Assembly: GCA_001599295.1 (NCBI GenBank)
Contig: BCGN01000008.1
Location: 62,001 to 126,000, forward strand
Direction: 5' to 3'
DNA: 64,000 bases
From: Sporopachydermia quercuum
Taxonomy: Eukaryota
Shown: piece after piece, positions 47,041-57,421 of the stretch
Position numbering within the stretch: the first letter of the stretch is position 1
How the letters are laid out: each line of letters opens with the position of its first letter
Made by a program: the position numbers and the translations under genes
The notes under the pieces: model-generated
Databases searched by the model: none
Seen by the model: the letters and a program-made list of their open reading frames with translations, nothing else
Told to the model about the DNA's origin: nothing

Positions 47041-48182
47041 AGCACATATACTTAACCTTTATAATATCTATCATCAATTATCATTTATAGCCATTTAGTT
47101 TAGTTGGAATAATAAAGAAGCAAGTAACTATGTTTTTGTGAATGCCCTAGATAGGGGACTTCTGGTTCGATTGCTTAGGTCGCTTAATCAATGGCTGTCA
47201 AAACTGCATTCAAATCAACTCCTGATTCAACCAAAAAACCTCAAATAATTATTAATTGTCTTTCCAGCGACCTACTAGCGATTTCTCCAATCATCTGTCC
47301 ATTTTAGAATTCCCCATGAACGAAATTAAATTATAAATACAAATGTGTTTCTAATTGTTGATGAACTATTCCCGTTTACTGTGGCTTTTTAGTTGTTTAA
47401 TAGTTACGTAATCAAGTAAAATTTCACTATTTCTTTATCAGGACATCCCATCTCATTTCGGATTTTGGTCGGAAACAGTTCAGGAATCAACTGTCTCATA
47501 TCCGGAGTAATAATGCCTATAGAAGGAGTACAAAAATATCCACCACTAATCTGGTAACCAATTTGGAAGTAAGTCTCTCAAAGGAGAAGAAGAAATTGCT
47601 TTTGTGGAAAGGGAAAGAAGAGTAACGCGGGTAGACCGAATGGAATATCTTTGTTATGAGTTACGAGAGTTGTAGAGATATATGTAAGCAATGATAGAAG
47701 ATAGGAGAATCGTGGTTAATATATCCATAAAAAAAGAATAAATCATAGAATACCATTGATGAATATCTATACTAGAGAATAATTTAGATTTTTGGATTGT
47801 TAGCATTGGATTGGATTGGTTTTCTGCTTGTTGATTGGTAAATGATTGATTTATAGAGAAAAGCAGAAGAAAAAGGATTGGGAGGTAGATAGTAGTGGCA
47901 TAAAACTAGGTAAGAGGAGCTATTAGAAAAATAAGAAATAAAGAAGGGAATTAATGGCATTGTTGGGGTATTATATGATATATTTCAGCATTACTGTTGA
48001 TGGAATTAAATGGGTCAACTACAACTCATCATCATTCAAGAGCTCGTACACTTCAAACAACACTACATTAACTGGATTAGCATTGCATTCAATATTGAAA
48101 CCAATATTACAGCAAATATAAAATATTTGATATAAAAATAAAAATAAAAACAGAGACATCAACTGGAATATCAACATCGACA

Positions 48183-49931
48183 ATGGAGCTGAGGACTATG
48201 GTTGTTGATCCTACCATCAAGGCCAATTTGAACACACTGCAAGTACCAATAAATGAATCAAAGGATCAACTGAATGAGCCAGAATTCAATAGACTAAACC
48301 CTTTGGACAGAATATTCTATCCGACAGCTACTTATGATCCTTCAACAAGATATCCTTTATATGTATTAAACTCAACTGCATTCCCATCGTCACAAGCAGA
48401 GAAATATGTGAGAGCGTTATTATCGAGAGTTCCATCGCATCCTTATGCTCTCATATTCTTCGCTTGTGAAGCAAACAACAAGTTGTCTTGGCGCCTTGTA
48501 GCCAGGACATATCGTTCATTGTCTCATGAAAGGAAGAACCTAAAGAAGCTATATGTTGTACATGAATCATGGTGGGTTCGTGCAGTTTGGAATATGATGT
48601 CTGGTGTAGTATCTCCTAAGTTTAAGAATAAAATGGTTCATGTTAATTCACTTAATGCATTAGCTCGGCATGTGGATATCACTAAGATCGTAATCCCACC
48701 TGCAGTTTATTTACATGATAGAAAAATTGATTCAGAAATAACAGTTCCTGTACATACATTAAGAGTTTTCGGTGAAGAGTTTAGCGCAGGTGGCATACCC
48801 ACAATGTGGAGGGATATGGTGAAGTATTTATACAAGAAAGCAGGAAATACTAAAGGTGTATTTCGTGTTTTGGGAAAGAAGCAAGTAGTAGATTGGATTC
48901 GTGAAGCATACGATAGAAATCAAATGATTGATCTAAGTGACTATGATTGTCATGTGGTTGCTTCGTTGATGAAGCTATACTTGAGAAGCTTAACCGGGCC
49001 AGTTGTATCAGTAGATAAAATTGAACTTCCTGTGGTAGACTCACGTGAATATGTTCTGGAAACTATTTATAACTGCTGTGACTTTCAACGACTGTATATG
49101 CTAACGTGCTTTATGCAAATATGTGATAAGGTTGTACGAAATGAAGAGATTACAGGTCATAATCCTACTACACTGAGTGGATGTGTGTTTGACTGTTTGA
49201 CGGGGACAAGAGTAAGCGATCGTGATAGATCAATGATTGCTAAACGATTTGTTAAAAATATGATTTCAGTATGGCCTTCAGTACGAGGAGTCGTTTTCAA
49301 GAAGCTGTCTGATTTGATGGAACATAGAAGAGTGCATGGAAGTCCTAGAAAAGGAGTATCAATCAAATCAACTTTACCTGGTTTTCCTGGTGAAAATATT
49401 GAACGTAATACAACAAGAAGATCAACCAATGATAAAAAACTACCTATTGGACCTTTGCTCCCTCAACCTGAAAGCAAACCTGAACATCCAACATTAGGCT
49501 CTGAAGCTGAAGATGAAGAGGCAAAGGAAGAAGAGGATGAACCTGAGTCAATGGATACAGACTCAATAATAGAAATAGAAACGGATGTAGAATCAATGAC
49601 AACAATGGTAACCACGATTGAAGGAATAGAATCGCGGAAACCTTTGAAACATATGTCAACAAACTCGATGACTAAAAGTCATGATCAGAAGTCACACACT
49701 ATTGTTGAGGCACCTAAATTAATCCTAAGGCCATCTTCACTTAGTTTACCCTTTATTCCAAGCGAAGAAAAATCCATACAACCATTAGTAGATTCTTCGA
49801 AAGTAAGTAAGTTAGCACCACCACCACCTGTTATTAGAGGTCGCAAGGTGAGTGAATTAGCAAAGATTTATGAAGAAAGAAGTGAAACAATTTCAATCTT
49901 GATGAGTAGTAGAGAAAGGAAGAAATACTAG
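48183..49931 (+). CDS. ECM25: Ecm25-like CRAL-TRIO/BCH plus RhoGAP protein
   Basis: RIFY...YDPST.YPLYVLNSTAFP, KNLKKLYVVHESWWVR, SPKF, IPPAVYLHD; RhoGAP GVFR; C-terminal RGRKVSELAKIYEER. Divergent from RCY1. Confidence 0.85.
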   Translation: MELRTMVVDPTIKANLNTLQVPINESKDQLNEPEFNRLNPLDRIFYPTATYDPSTRYPLYVLNSTAFPSSQAEKYVRALLSRVPSHPYALIFFACEANNKLSWRLVARTYRSLSHERKNLKKLYVVHESWWVRAVWNMMSGVVSPKFKNKMVHVNSLNALARHVDITKIVIPPAVYLHDRKIDSEITVPVHTLRVFGEEFSAGGIPTMWRDMVKYLYKKAGNTKGVFRVLGKKQVVDWIREAYDRNQMIDLSDYDCHVVASLMKLYLRSLTGPVVSVDKIELPVVDSREYVLETIYNCCDFQRLYMLTCFMQICDKVVRNEEITGHNPTTLSGCVFDCLTGTRVSDRDRSMIAKRFVKNMISVWPSVRGVVFKKLSDLMEHRRVHGSPRKGVSIKSTLPGFPGENIERNTTRRSTNDKKLPIGPLLPQPESKPEHPTLGSEAEDEEAKEEEDEPESMDTDSIIEIETDVESMTTMVTTIEGIESRKPLKHMSTNSMTKSHDQKSHTIVEAPKLILRPSSLSLPFIPSEEKSIQPLVDSSKVSKLAPPPPVIRGRKVSELAKIYEERSETISILMSSRERKKY

Positions 49932-51343
49932 TGAGAAAGATTTCGGAAATATGTCTTGGATTTTGAAGTAGATCGTGGTAGCTGCTATTTTCTTTTTGAT
50001 ATATGGGTTGCAGGTAGGCAAAAATTAAATTTTGATAATGGAAGGATTAACTAATGCGTATTTAGAATACACATATATTTTACGTATATTAAGAAACATT
50101 ATGGTTGTTGAAACATGGGTTAAAATATGCATTTATTTGTAGAAAGTGATAAGTAGTTGCAAGTATTGAAGTAGTTTATTGTTATGAATGTAACCGNTAG
50201 ACAGTGATGGCNTTCTTATGATACCCATAAGAATGTATTTCGTTTGCTACCTATGGATTTCTTCACAGCTTTTTTCCATTGTCTCCGGTCCCTTTTTGTC
50301 AATTATGAATTAGGTCAGACAGCAATGAAACCTGCTGAGAACAACTTACCCTACAAGTGTAATCGAAAGCTTTGATTCGATCAATCAAGCATTATGTGGA
50401 TTTTACAACTATTTTCTTGCTTTCAAATCCCGGTCTCAATGAAACTCACCTAGTTGAGCTTAGCCATACTTTACCTGAAAATAATGACTTCGTGAGAGAA
50501 AACTATAATATGTCAATATCAAACAATGCGGTGTGAGATAAAGTTCTAACGAAGAACGTTACACTTACACTGAGAACCTTAGAGCTTTAGCACAACTTTA
50601 TATTTGATTCTGACAATAAGCGAGAGAACTTTAATAATCTTTTAAATTGATTCTTTCCCATTTTAGTAATACTAAACAAATTTCGGAGAGTGAAACATCA
50701 AAGGGTAGTCAATCAGAAGAACTACGGGATCACTAAGGTCAGATAGACAAACAATCGACGTTGATAAATGAAAAATTGTAATTTACTTTATGTGTGCAAT
50801 ATATCAAATAATGGATTGATAAGCTAAACACTTTGGCCGGACAATAAGTAAAGACTTGTTGGTTTATAGTTTGAACGTATAGTAGTGCCCAATGTTGCCT
50901 AATAATAAAAGGTTTCTCGATTACTGACATAACTCAAACTCTGAACAATCTCCTTCCTTTCATTGAAAATCAGCGCAGTATCAATTGATGTTCATGAACT
51001 GATCCAATTGCATCTATATATTTACGTTACTTTTTCTTTCAAGGGGAGTGCAATTCAGCCCTCACTGTATCTTAATATTCTTTTAGTTGAACATCTGACA
51101 ACGCTGATGACTGCTAATGTCTCACCTCCTGNTACAGACTATTGCCTATGTTATAACTTCGATAAACCCTCGGCTGGCACTAATATACTCCAATATTTCA
51201 TATTCAACTCCTTAATTTTAATTATTGATTAACTTCTCTTGCATAATAGACAATGTAGTAAATTGTATAATAAACACTTGGCGTTGAGAAACGCTTAAGG
51301 TTTGACACTTTCTTTTAAGGTTAAGCTTTGGAATGTGTTTTTG

Positions 51344-51803
51344 ACGCGAAAACTTCTCTCGCGTCTCATCTTTCTATCGACAAGAAGGCTCCTTTTATAT
51401 GTTGTCACTTGACTCATNGCCTTGTCTAAGTTCAATTATATTCTGAAATATATATTTTACTATATAGTCCAGAATTGAGTGCTAAATTGATAAATCTTCT
51501 GTGATTTTCTGTTAACAGTCCTTGCTATCAAACTATCAAGCAATGTCACGTATTACCTTACCGCATCATGCTACAGCTAACAGTATGGGAGATGCACACT
51601 AATGGGTATTCTAGATCAGGAAGTTGTATAATGGAGTTCCAAGCAGTCGCGAAACTTAGTTCAGGTACACCAAAGTTTAAATTTTTAACTAAAAAGAAAA
51701 TTCTCTTTCTCTCTATAACCTTACTCTATGAAATTTTGCTCATCCTTTATGAGTTTTCTACACTCAATTGAAATTACACTATTCTCTCAGAAATACTACG
51801 CGT
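51344..51803. promoter_or_regulatory. SCB/MCB-like element cluster upstream of the BUD5-like gene
   Basis: ACGCGAAA at 51344, TCGCGT at 51359, CGCGAAA at 51648, ACGCGT at 51798. Confidence 0.5.
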
Positions 51804-52134
51804 TATTCAATTTATAGGATAATTATCAATTAACGCTCAGTAAGGAAATTTTCATTACAATTTATATTCTTGAGAATTTATGGTAGATTAATTGATTTTT
51901 ACTCAAGTTTCTTTTCTTCATATTCTCAACTGCTTCCTTCTACTTTCCTTATTGTTGTCTATCTTTTTTTCTTTCTCTCCTTCTTCGACACTTTCAAGAC
52001 CAGCTATTATATCAGCTTTTTAGAAAAGTACTTGGATTGAGTACATTCATGAGTTCGGTAAATGTGCTCTGTTGTTAGATTTCTTTGCTCTCTTCTATCA
52101 TAATTCGATAATCGTAGACAGTTTCTCATACACA

Positions 52135-55100
52135 ATGTCAACTGCACCTTCGCCCTGTCTATCAGAAGCCTCTATTGATTCAGAAGTTTCTGTCGATTCA
52201 TTGGGGTTTCAAAAAATATCTCCTTTGAAATTCAGTGTTAGAAGAGCATCATTATCAATGTTCCACGTCTTCAATGGTCAAAGGTCCCCCGCCAGATCAA
52301 TGCCGTTGAATGAACCAGCATTGACTCCAACTCGCTCATCTCATTCAAGGAATCCAAGTTATAGTCGATCACCAAACAATCATTCCAATTCTACGATTAA
52401 TGTTTCTGCTCAAGAATTGGGATCACCAAGAAGAAGAAGAAGAAGAAATACTAGCAAAACTAGTTCTCCTGTGTCCTCACATTCAAGACAACCTACAGAT
52501 GAATCACACTTCTCTAATACATCAACATCAACAGAAGCATCAGAAGATCTATTCGATAAAAATTATAATGACACTCTATCGATTAAATCAATCTCAACTT
52601 CATCTTCGTCATCATCTTCTTCAAGAAAATCATATTCAAAATTGAAAAACGTGAACAGATTTTCTTCCACTTTACAGAACTTGCAGAATCTACCTAATTC
52701 ATCGACGGTCACATCAGTCAATACTTTTTTCTCTGCTAAATCAACACCTGCATCATTACCCTCATCATCATCAAAAAACACCATTGATAACTCCAGAAAT
52801 GAAAGTATTTCATCAAGATATGCCAACTATGAACGAACTTTCATTCAAGCAAATCATTCATTTGACTCCTCATCATTACCTCCAATTGATACGTCAATCT
52901 GTCTTTCTTTCAAAGAAGGGGACTTGGCCTTCGTTTATACTATCGACGAAACCGGCTGGGCAGATGTCGTCACTCTGGGCAGCAATTCAAGAGGATGGAT
53001 TCCAATCAATTATTTCTCTCTATATGAGAACGAGATGTTGTCGGAGCTTTTATTCATCTCTGGTGCTTTCCTTGAAGCGATTAACACTGATGAGGAAACA
53101 ATATTAAACTCTAATAACTCAATCTCAACAATCGATTCTTCTCTAAGGCATCAAATAAGGAAGAATTATCAAATCTACTTCCAATCATTAAGAGATCAAA
53201 CCACTACTATATTAAAGAATGCTAATTGTCATCATAGAAATGATGAATTAGTATTAAGATTCAAAAAAATTCATAGTAAAAGGAAAGATCTGTTGACAAC
53301 TATGTATATCTTGTTTGAAACGATCAAGAATAAAGATTTGGAAATTACATTAATTACCAACTCCATAAAGAAGTTCATTTGTAATATAGTTATCAAAACA
53401 ATAAAGTTCCAAGAAGAATGGGAAAAAGTTCAGAGTTCTATCTTCAAATCATCGAAACTGAAATACTTGGAAGAATCGCCAATGGCAAGAACTAGATTAT
53501 ATTCATTGCATAATGTCATAACAAGTTATCTTGGTTTATTGATGGGTAGAATGGATTTAATTGAAAATAATGCTAAATCTATGGAACCTGTTGAAGAACT
53601 AAGATATCATGTTTGGATATTATTTCATGAGTTGTTATTCTTTGGTAAGCAGTTGATGGTAAGAGATAGTGATTCCAATATGAATGAAGAATTAATTCAT
53701 ATTACATCTAAGTTAATCAATTTAGTTGAGAAGCAGTTTACTGATGCGGTTCATGATTTAATGACTATGATTAAATTCACCCCAAAATGTTTATTGAAAA
53801 CAAGAAACAACAATGGATTGTCGAATGGCTCCAATAGTATTAGAGGCTCAACAGCTAAGAGTATTGAAGGAAGCAATCTGATTGCAATTATTATTGAGTT
53901 GATTAAAGAACTATCAAACTATGCAAGGTTATGTGATAAAATGATTAGTAGTTATGATTTTAAATTAACAGACAATGAGAAATATATTGATATCGAAGAA
54001 TATAAATTTGATCCCAATGAGTTTATCGAAGCATGTGGTGGGGGCTATTACCAATCTATTAACGAAGATGTCGATCTTACAACTAAAGCAAAAAATGTGT
54101 CTTCATCTCTTGTTTCAAGCACTTTAGCTTCCTCTTCTTCATCTCCTAGAACATCATCGTTATCATCTTCATTATCGTCGTCATCATCAGCAACTTCTTC
54201 TGTTGAAGCAAGCAGTCAATCAGCCGATTGTGAGCCATTTGTTAAATATAAAGACAATAAGATTTCTGCAGCTACATTGCCAGGGTTAATTGAAGTATTA
54301 ACAAGTGGTAAAGAGAAAGAAATTGATTATTTTTTCGTCTCAACATTCTTTGTTACTTTCAGAATATTCACAACATCGTTGGATTTAGCTGATAGTTTGA
54401 TTGCAAGATATACTATGTTGTCTACTAAGATTAAAAAACATAGTAAGAGTGAGGAAGAACTGATTGAGAGTATGAAGAAAGTTATATATGCTTTTAATGT
54501 TTGGATGGAATCTTACTGGAATTGGGAAGCTGATGCTTTTGTATTATCAATTATAATTAATTTTGCTAATGAAGCAAGCTCTAGTTTATTCCCAATTGAA
54601 TCAAGGCAGTTAATTGAAACAGCAGCAAAGCTTTGTCGTGAATCATCTGTAACATCATCATCATTCACAACAGGTGCAACAAGGAGAGCATCTGCACCAG
54701 GTTTGAAACAGTTGGTTGCGCGCCCAATTATTGTTGAAGAGAAAAAGAGGAAAATGATGATTAATATGAACTCAGAAATTGAAGATAAAACAGTTTCGAC
54801 GTCATTGGCTTTTGTTAAAACATGGAGAAGATTTAGTAGAAAAAGTGAGATATTTGGACTTTCGAGACAGCAACATAAATTACTAGCAGTTGCAAATATG
54901 ACCTACAAAAGCAAGATTCAATTATTAATTAAACAAACAAAATCCAGGGTTATAATTTCTGACGATTTACTTTCAACCTGGAAATCGTTGTGTAATTTAC
55001 AGCCAAAAGGCAGAATTCAAGTACCTGAGCCAAAGATAATCGAGTTTCCTGCAAATGAAGTTGCAAATCAATTGACAATTTTAGAAGGAAGAATTTTCAA

Positions 55101-55827
55101 CTCTATACCTATTCATGATTATTTGTTTCAATCACAAAGTAGGAATATCAAATATTCAACTTTGTTTACCAATCAACTATCTTCGTTTGTTATTAATTCT
55201 ATTATTAGAAGAGGGTTGAGTATTGAAACTAGAGCTAAAGTATTATCACAATGGATTAATATTGCTTTCCATTGTTTCGAAAGCAATAACTTCAATTCAT
55301 TGATGTCAATTATGGTTTCATTATTATCTTCAACAATAACAAGATTATCAAAAATATGGGATCTTTTATCAGTTAAAGATATTGATTTATTTGGTAAATT
55401 ATCAAAGATTACATTACCAAACAGAAATTTCTCAAATTATAGAACTTTGTTAAGAGAAACAAATCGTTGTATTCCGTATTTGGGAGTCATCAAATCAGAT
55501 TTGATGTTCATCAATGAAGGTACACCAGATTTAAGAGTGGCGCTTGCTTCATCGAAGGCTCAGTCAACAATTGGATTTCATAGTCATAATAACAGTAAAT
55601 TAGATCGTCATTCATCAGTTGAAGCATCGTCAAACCACAAGCTGATTAATTTTGAGAAATTCAGTAGAATTACTGGAATATTATCTCAAATTCAACAGTT
55701 TGATATAACTAATGAACCAATTCCTGATTTAATGGAATGGATTTTATTCCAAATATGGAATTCTGAAGGAGAAGCATGGGCATTGAGTGAAGAAATTATT
55801 AATAGTGTGGAGTATAAGAGCATGTGA
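52135..55827 (+). CDS. BUD5: SH3-REM-CDC25 RasGEF, Bud5-like
   Basis: SH3 (ICLSFKEGD...DETGWAD...RGWIPINYF), REM (AATLPGLIEVLT, FFVTFRIFTT, WMESYW) and CDC25 domain (EVANQLT, NNFNSLMSI, CIPYLG, LINFEKF). First ATG at 52135. Located between ECM25 and ACO2. Confidence 0.75.
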   Translation: MSTAPSPCLSEASIDSEVSVDSLGFQKISPLKFSVRRASLSMFHVFNGQRSPARSMPLNEPALTPTRSSHSRNPSYSRSPNNHSNSTINVSAQELGSPRRRRRRNTSKTSSPVSSHSRQPTDESHFSNTSTSTEASEDLFDKNYNDTLSIKSISTSSSSSSSSRKSYSKLKNVNRFSSTLQNLQNLPNSSTVTSVNTFFSAKSTPASLPSSSSKNTIDNSRNESISSRYANYERTFIQANHSFDSSSLPPIDTSICLSFKEGDLAFVYTIDETGWADVVTLGSNSRGWIPINYFSLYENEMLSELLFISGAFLEAINTDEETILNSNNSISTIDSSLRHQIRKNYQIYFQSLRDQTTTILKNANCHHRNDELVLRFKKIHSKRKDLLTTMYILFETIKNKDLEITLITNSIKKFICNIVIKTIKFQEEWEKVQSSIFKSSKLKYLEESPMARTRLYSLHNVITSYLGLLMGRMDLIENNAKSMEPVEELRYHVWILFHELLFFGKQLMVRDSDSNMNEELIHITSKLINLVEKQFTDAVHDLMTMIKFTPKCLLKTRNNNGLSNGSNSIRGSTAKSIEGSNLIAIIIELIKELSNYARLCDKMISSYDFKLTDNEKYIDIEEYKFDPNEFIEACGGGYYQSINEDVDLTTKAKNVSSSLVSSTLASSSSSPRTSSLSSSLSSSSSATSSVEASSQSADCEPFVKYKDNKISAATLPGLIEVLTSGKEKEIDYFFVSTFFVTFRIFTTSLDLADSLIARYTMLSTKIKKHSKSEEELIESMKKVIYAFNVWMESYWNWEADAFVLSIIINFANEASSSLFPIESRQLIETAAKLCRESSVTSSSFTTGATRRASAPGLKQLVARPIIVEEKKRKMMINMNSEIEDKTVSTSLAFVKTWRRFSRKSEIFGLSRQQHKLLAVANMTYKSKIQLLIKQTKSRVIISDDLLSTWKSLCNLQPKGRIQVPEPKIIEFPANEVANQLTILEGRIFNSIPIHDYLFQSQSRNIKYSTLFTNQLSSFVINSIIRRGLSIETRAKVLSQWINIAFHCFESNNFNSLMSIMVSLLSSTITRLSKIWDLLSVKDIDLFGKLSKITLPNRNFSNYRTLLRETNRCIPYLGVIKSDLMFINEGTPDLRVALASSKAQSTIGFHSHNNSKLDRHSSVEASSNHKLINFEKFSRITGILSQIQQFDITNEPIPDLMEWILFQIWNSEGEAWALSEEIINSVEYKSM

Positions 55828-56736
55828 CTCGCAGTGGAGTTCAATGAGTGAGATTTATGTATTTATATATTCATNTTATTAATGTTATTTATGTTATTTA
55901 TGTATATCTAATGAACTGGTTTCGTTTTCTATGTTAGAGTTGACAATTCGAATTAGTGGTTATATAAGTAGAATAAAGGTGAAATAAGAAAAAAGAGAGA
56001 AAACGTATAGAGTTTACACTTTAAGCTTCGTCTAAATAAGTTATCTACATTGACTTGATTCTAACTTCCCTATTGGGAAATATATGCAATTAAAGTTTGC
56101 TCTAATTTTAAGTGTAGATCACTTATCCAATGGTTCAATATTCGTTATGGCTCTATCTCTAAGCCTAGGTTAATAGCGAAACAATGCAATACGCAAGAAA
56201 TTAAAAGTAACTAAGTGTATTGAATACACTTGCATTTTTAAAACTAATGACAAAGCAAGATTCATTGATTCTTTTCATTTGATTCGCGCAAATAGCTAGG
56301 ACTCCTTCCCCATTGCAGAAATCATTCTAATATAATATGCTTTAAACTGTAGCTTTCACCTTAGAGTCCATTGTGAAGTTTAAAGCTCTAAACCTTACCT
56401 ACTGTAATTAACTAAATAGCAATCTAAATAACTATCTTCTCAATGTCAAAACTACAGAACAATTTTTTATTCTCACGAAATAAACTACAAATGATTTTTC
56501 CAAAACATATAAAATTATTATGTAGTATGCACATTAAAGCTTCTTTATGTTCCTTCTCTATTTATACTTCATGATTCACAATGATCTCTCTTTGCTTGAT
56601 AATCCATTCGGAGACTTTTATAGATCATTCCAACACCGGCAAGGTGTTAAGTTTACTGTCTAAGATAAAGCTTTATTTTTAATGTTCCTTGAAAAATTAC
56701 TACTCTTTTAATAATCAAGCTGGTTTTCAGTCAACA

Positions 56737-57210
56737 ATGTTCCGATTTAGACAGAAGGATAAGCCACCAACTCCTTTACCTACTTCTAACAGACCTTCTC
56801 AGTTTGTTAGTCCGATGCTTGNATCATATACTCAAAGAGAACTTCATAAGCTTTGGAAAAAGAAAATCAAGTATTCCCAACTTCCTGAGGAATGGATAGA
56901 AAATCTCAAGAGAAACAGAACACGTACTGATACTCTTTCCAGAAGAGATTACGTTGCTTCAAAATTTGGAGTGAAGAAGGATAAGCGCAAACCAGCATAC
57001 AAAAGAGAATTTGATACTAGTGACCTGGAAAGTATTGAGGAAATTGAAAGATTAGTTTCCAAAAGAGTAACGAATGATTTGTTTCTGAGATACCTTAAGA
57101 CAATGGAGCGCGTTGATGAAACTATCCAACGTCTTCCTAAAGCATTAAAAGAACGGTTGATGACTCTACCTCCTAGAACAAGAACCAGTATTATAACTGG
57201 TCAAATTTGA
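56737..57210 (+). CDS. Basic hypothetical protein (157 aa)
   Basis: ATG in ACAATG context, open 157 codons, charged helical composition, convergent with ACO2. No recognised family. Confidence 0.6.
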   Translation: MFRFRQKDKPPTPLPTSNRPSQFVSPMLXSYTQRELHKLWKKKIKYSQLPEEWIENLKRNRTRTDTLSRRDYVASKFGVKKDKRKPAYKREFDTSDLESIEEIERLVSKRVTNDLFLRYLKTMERVDETIQRLPKALKERLMTLPPRTRTSIITGQI

Positions 57211-57421
57211 ACACAGCTTAGACGTCCAGTTTATTCGTTCTTTCCGGTTAAATCAAGCAAGCCAGAAAATCCAATAGCATCTTATTCTTCTTTCACTATT
57301 ATTCTACTTCATTTCTTTTCATTTCTCTCAGACCTACATCAAACCAATATAATATTCGCAAATGCAATTATCTAATAAACACGAATATGTAACCAAACAT
57401 AAGATATAATATTCTAATTCT

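Noticed and set aside
50335..50400. CTGAGA...ACCCT resembling the start of a TPP riboswitch
   Set aside because: Lacks the ACCTGAT/TAAT/GCGTAGGGA half and is not in a thiamine gene intron.
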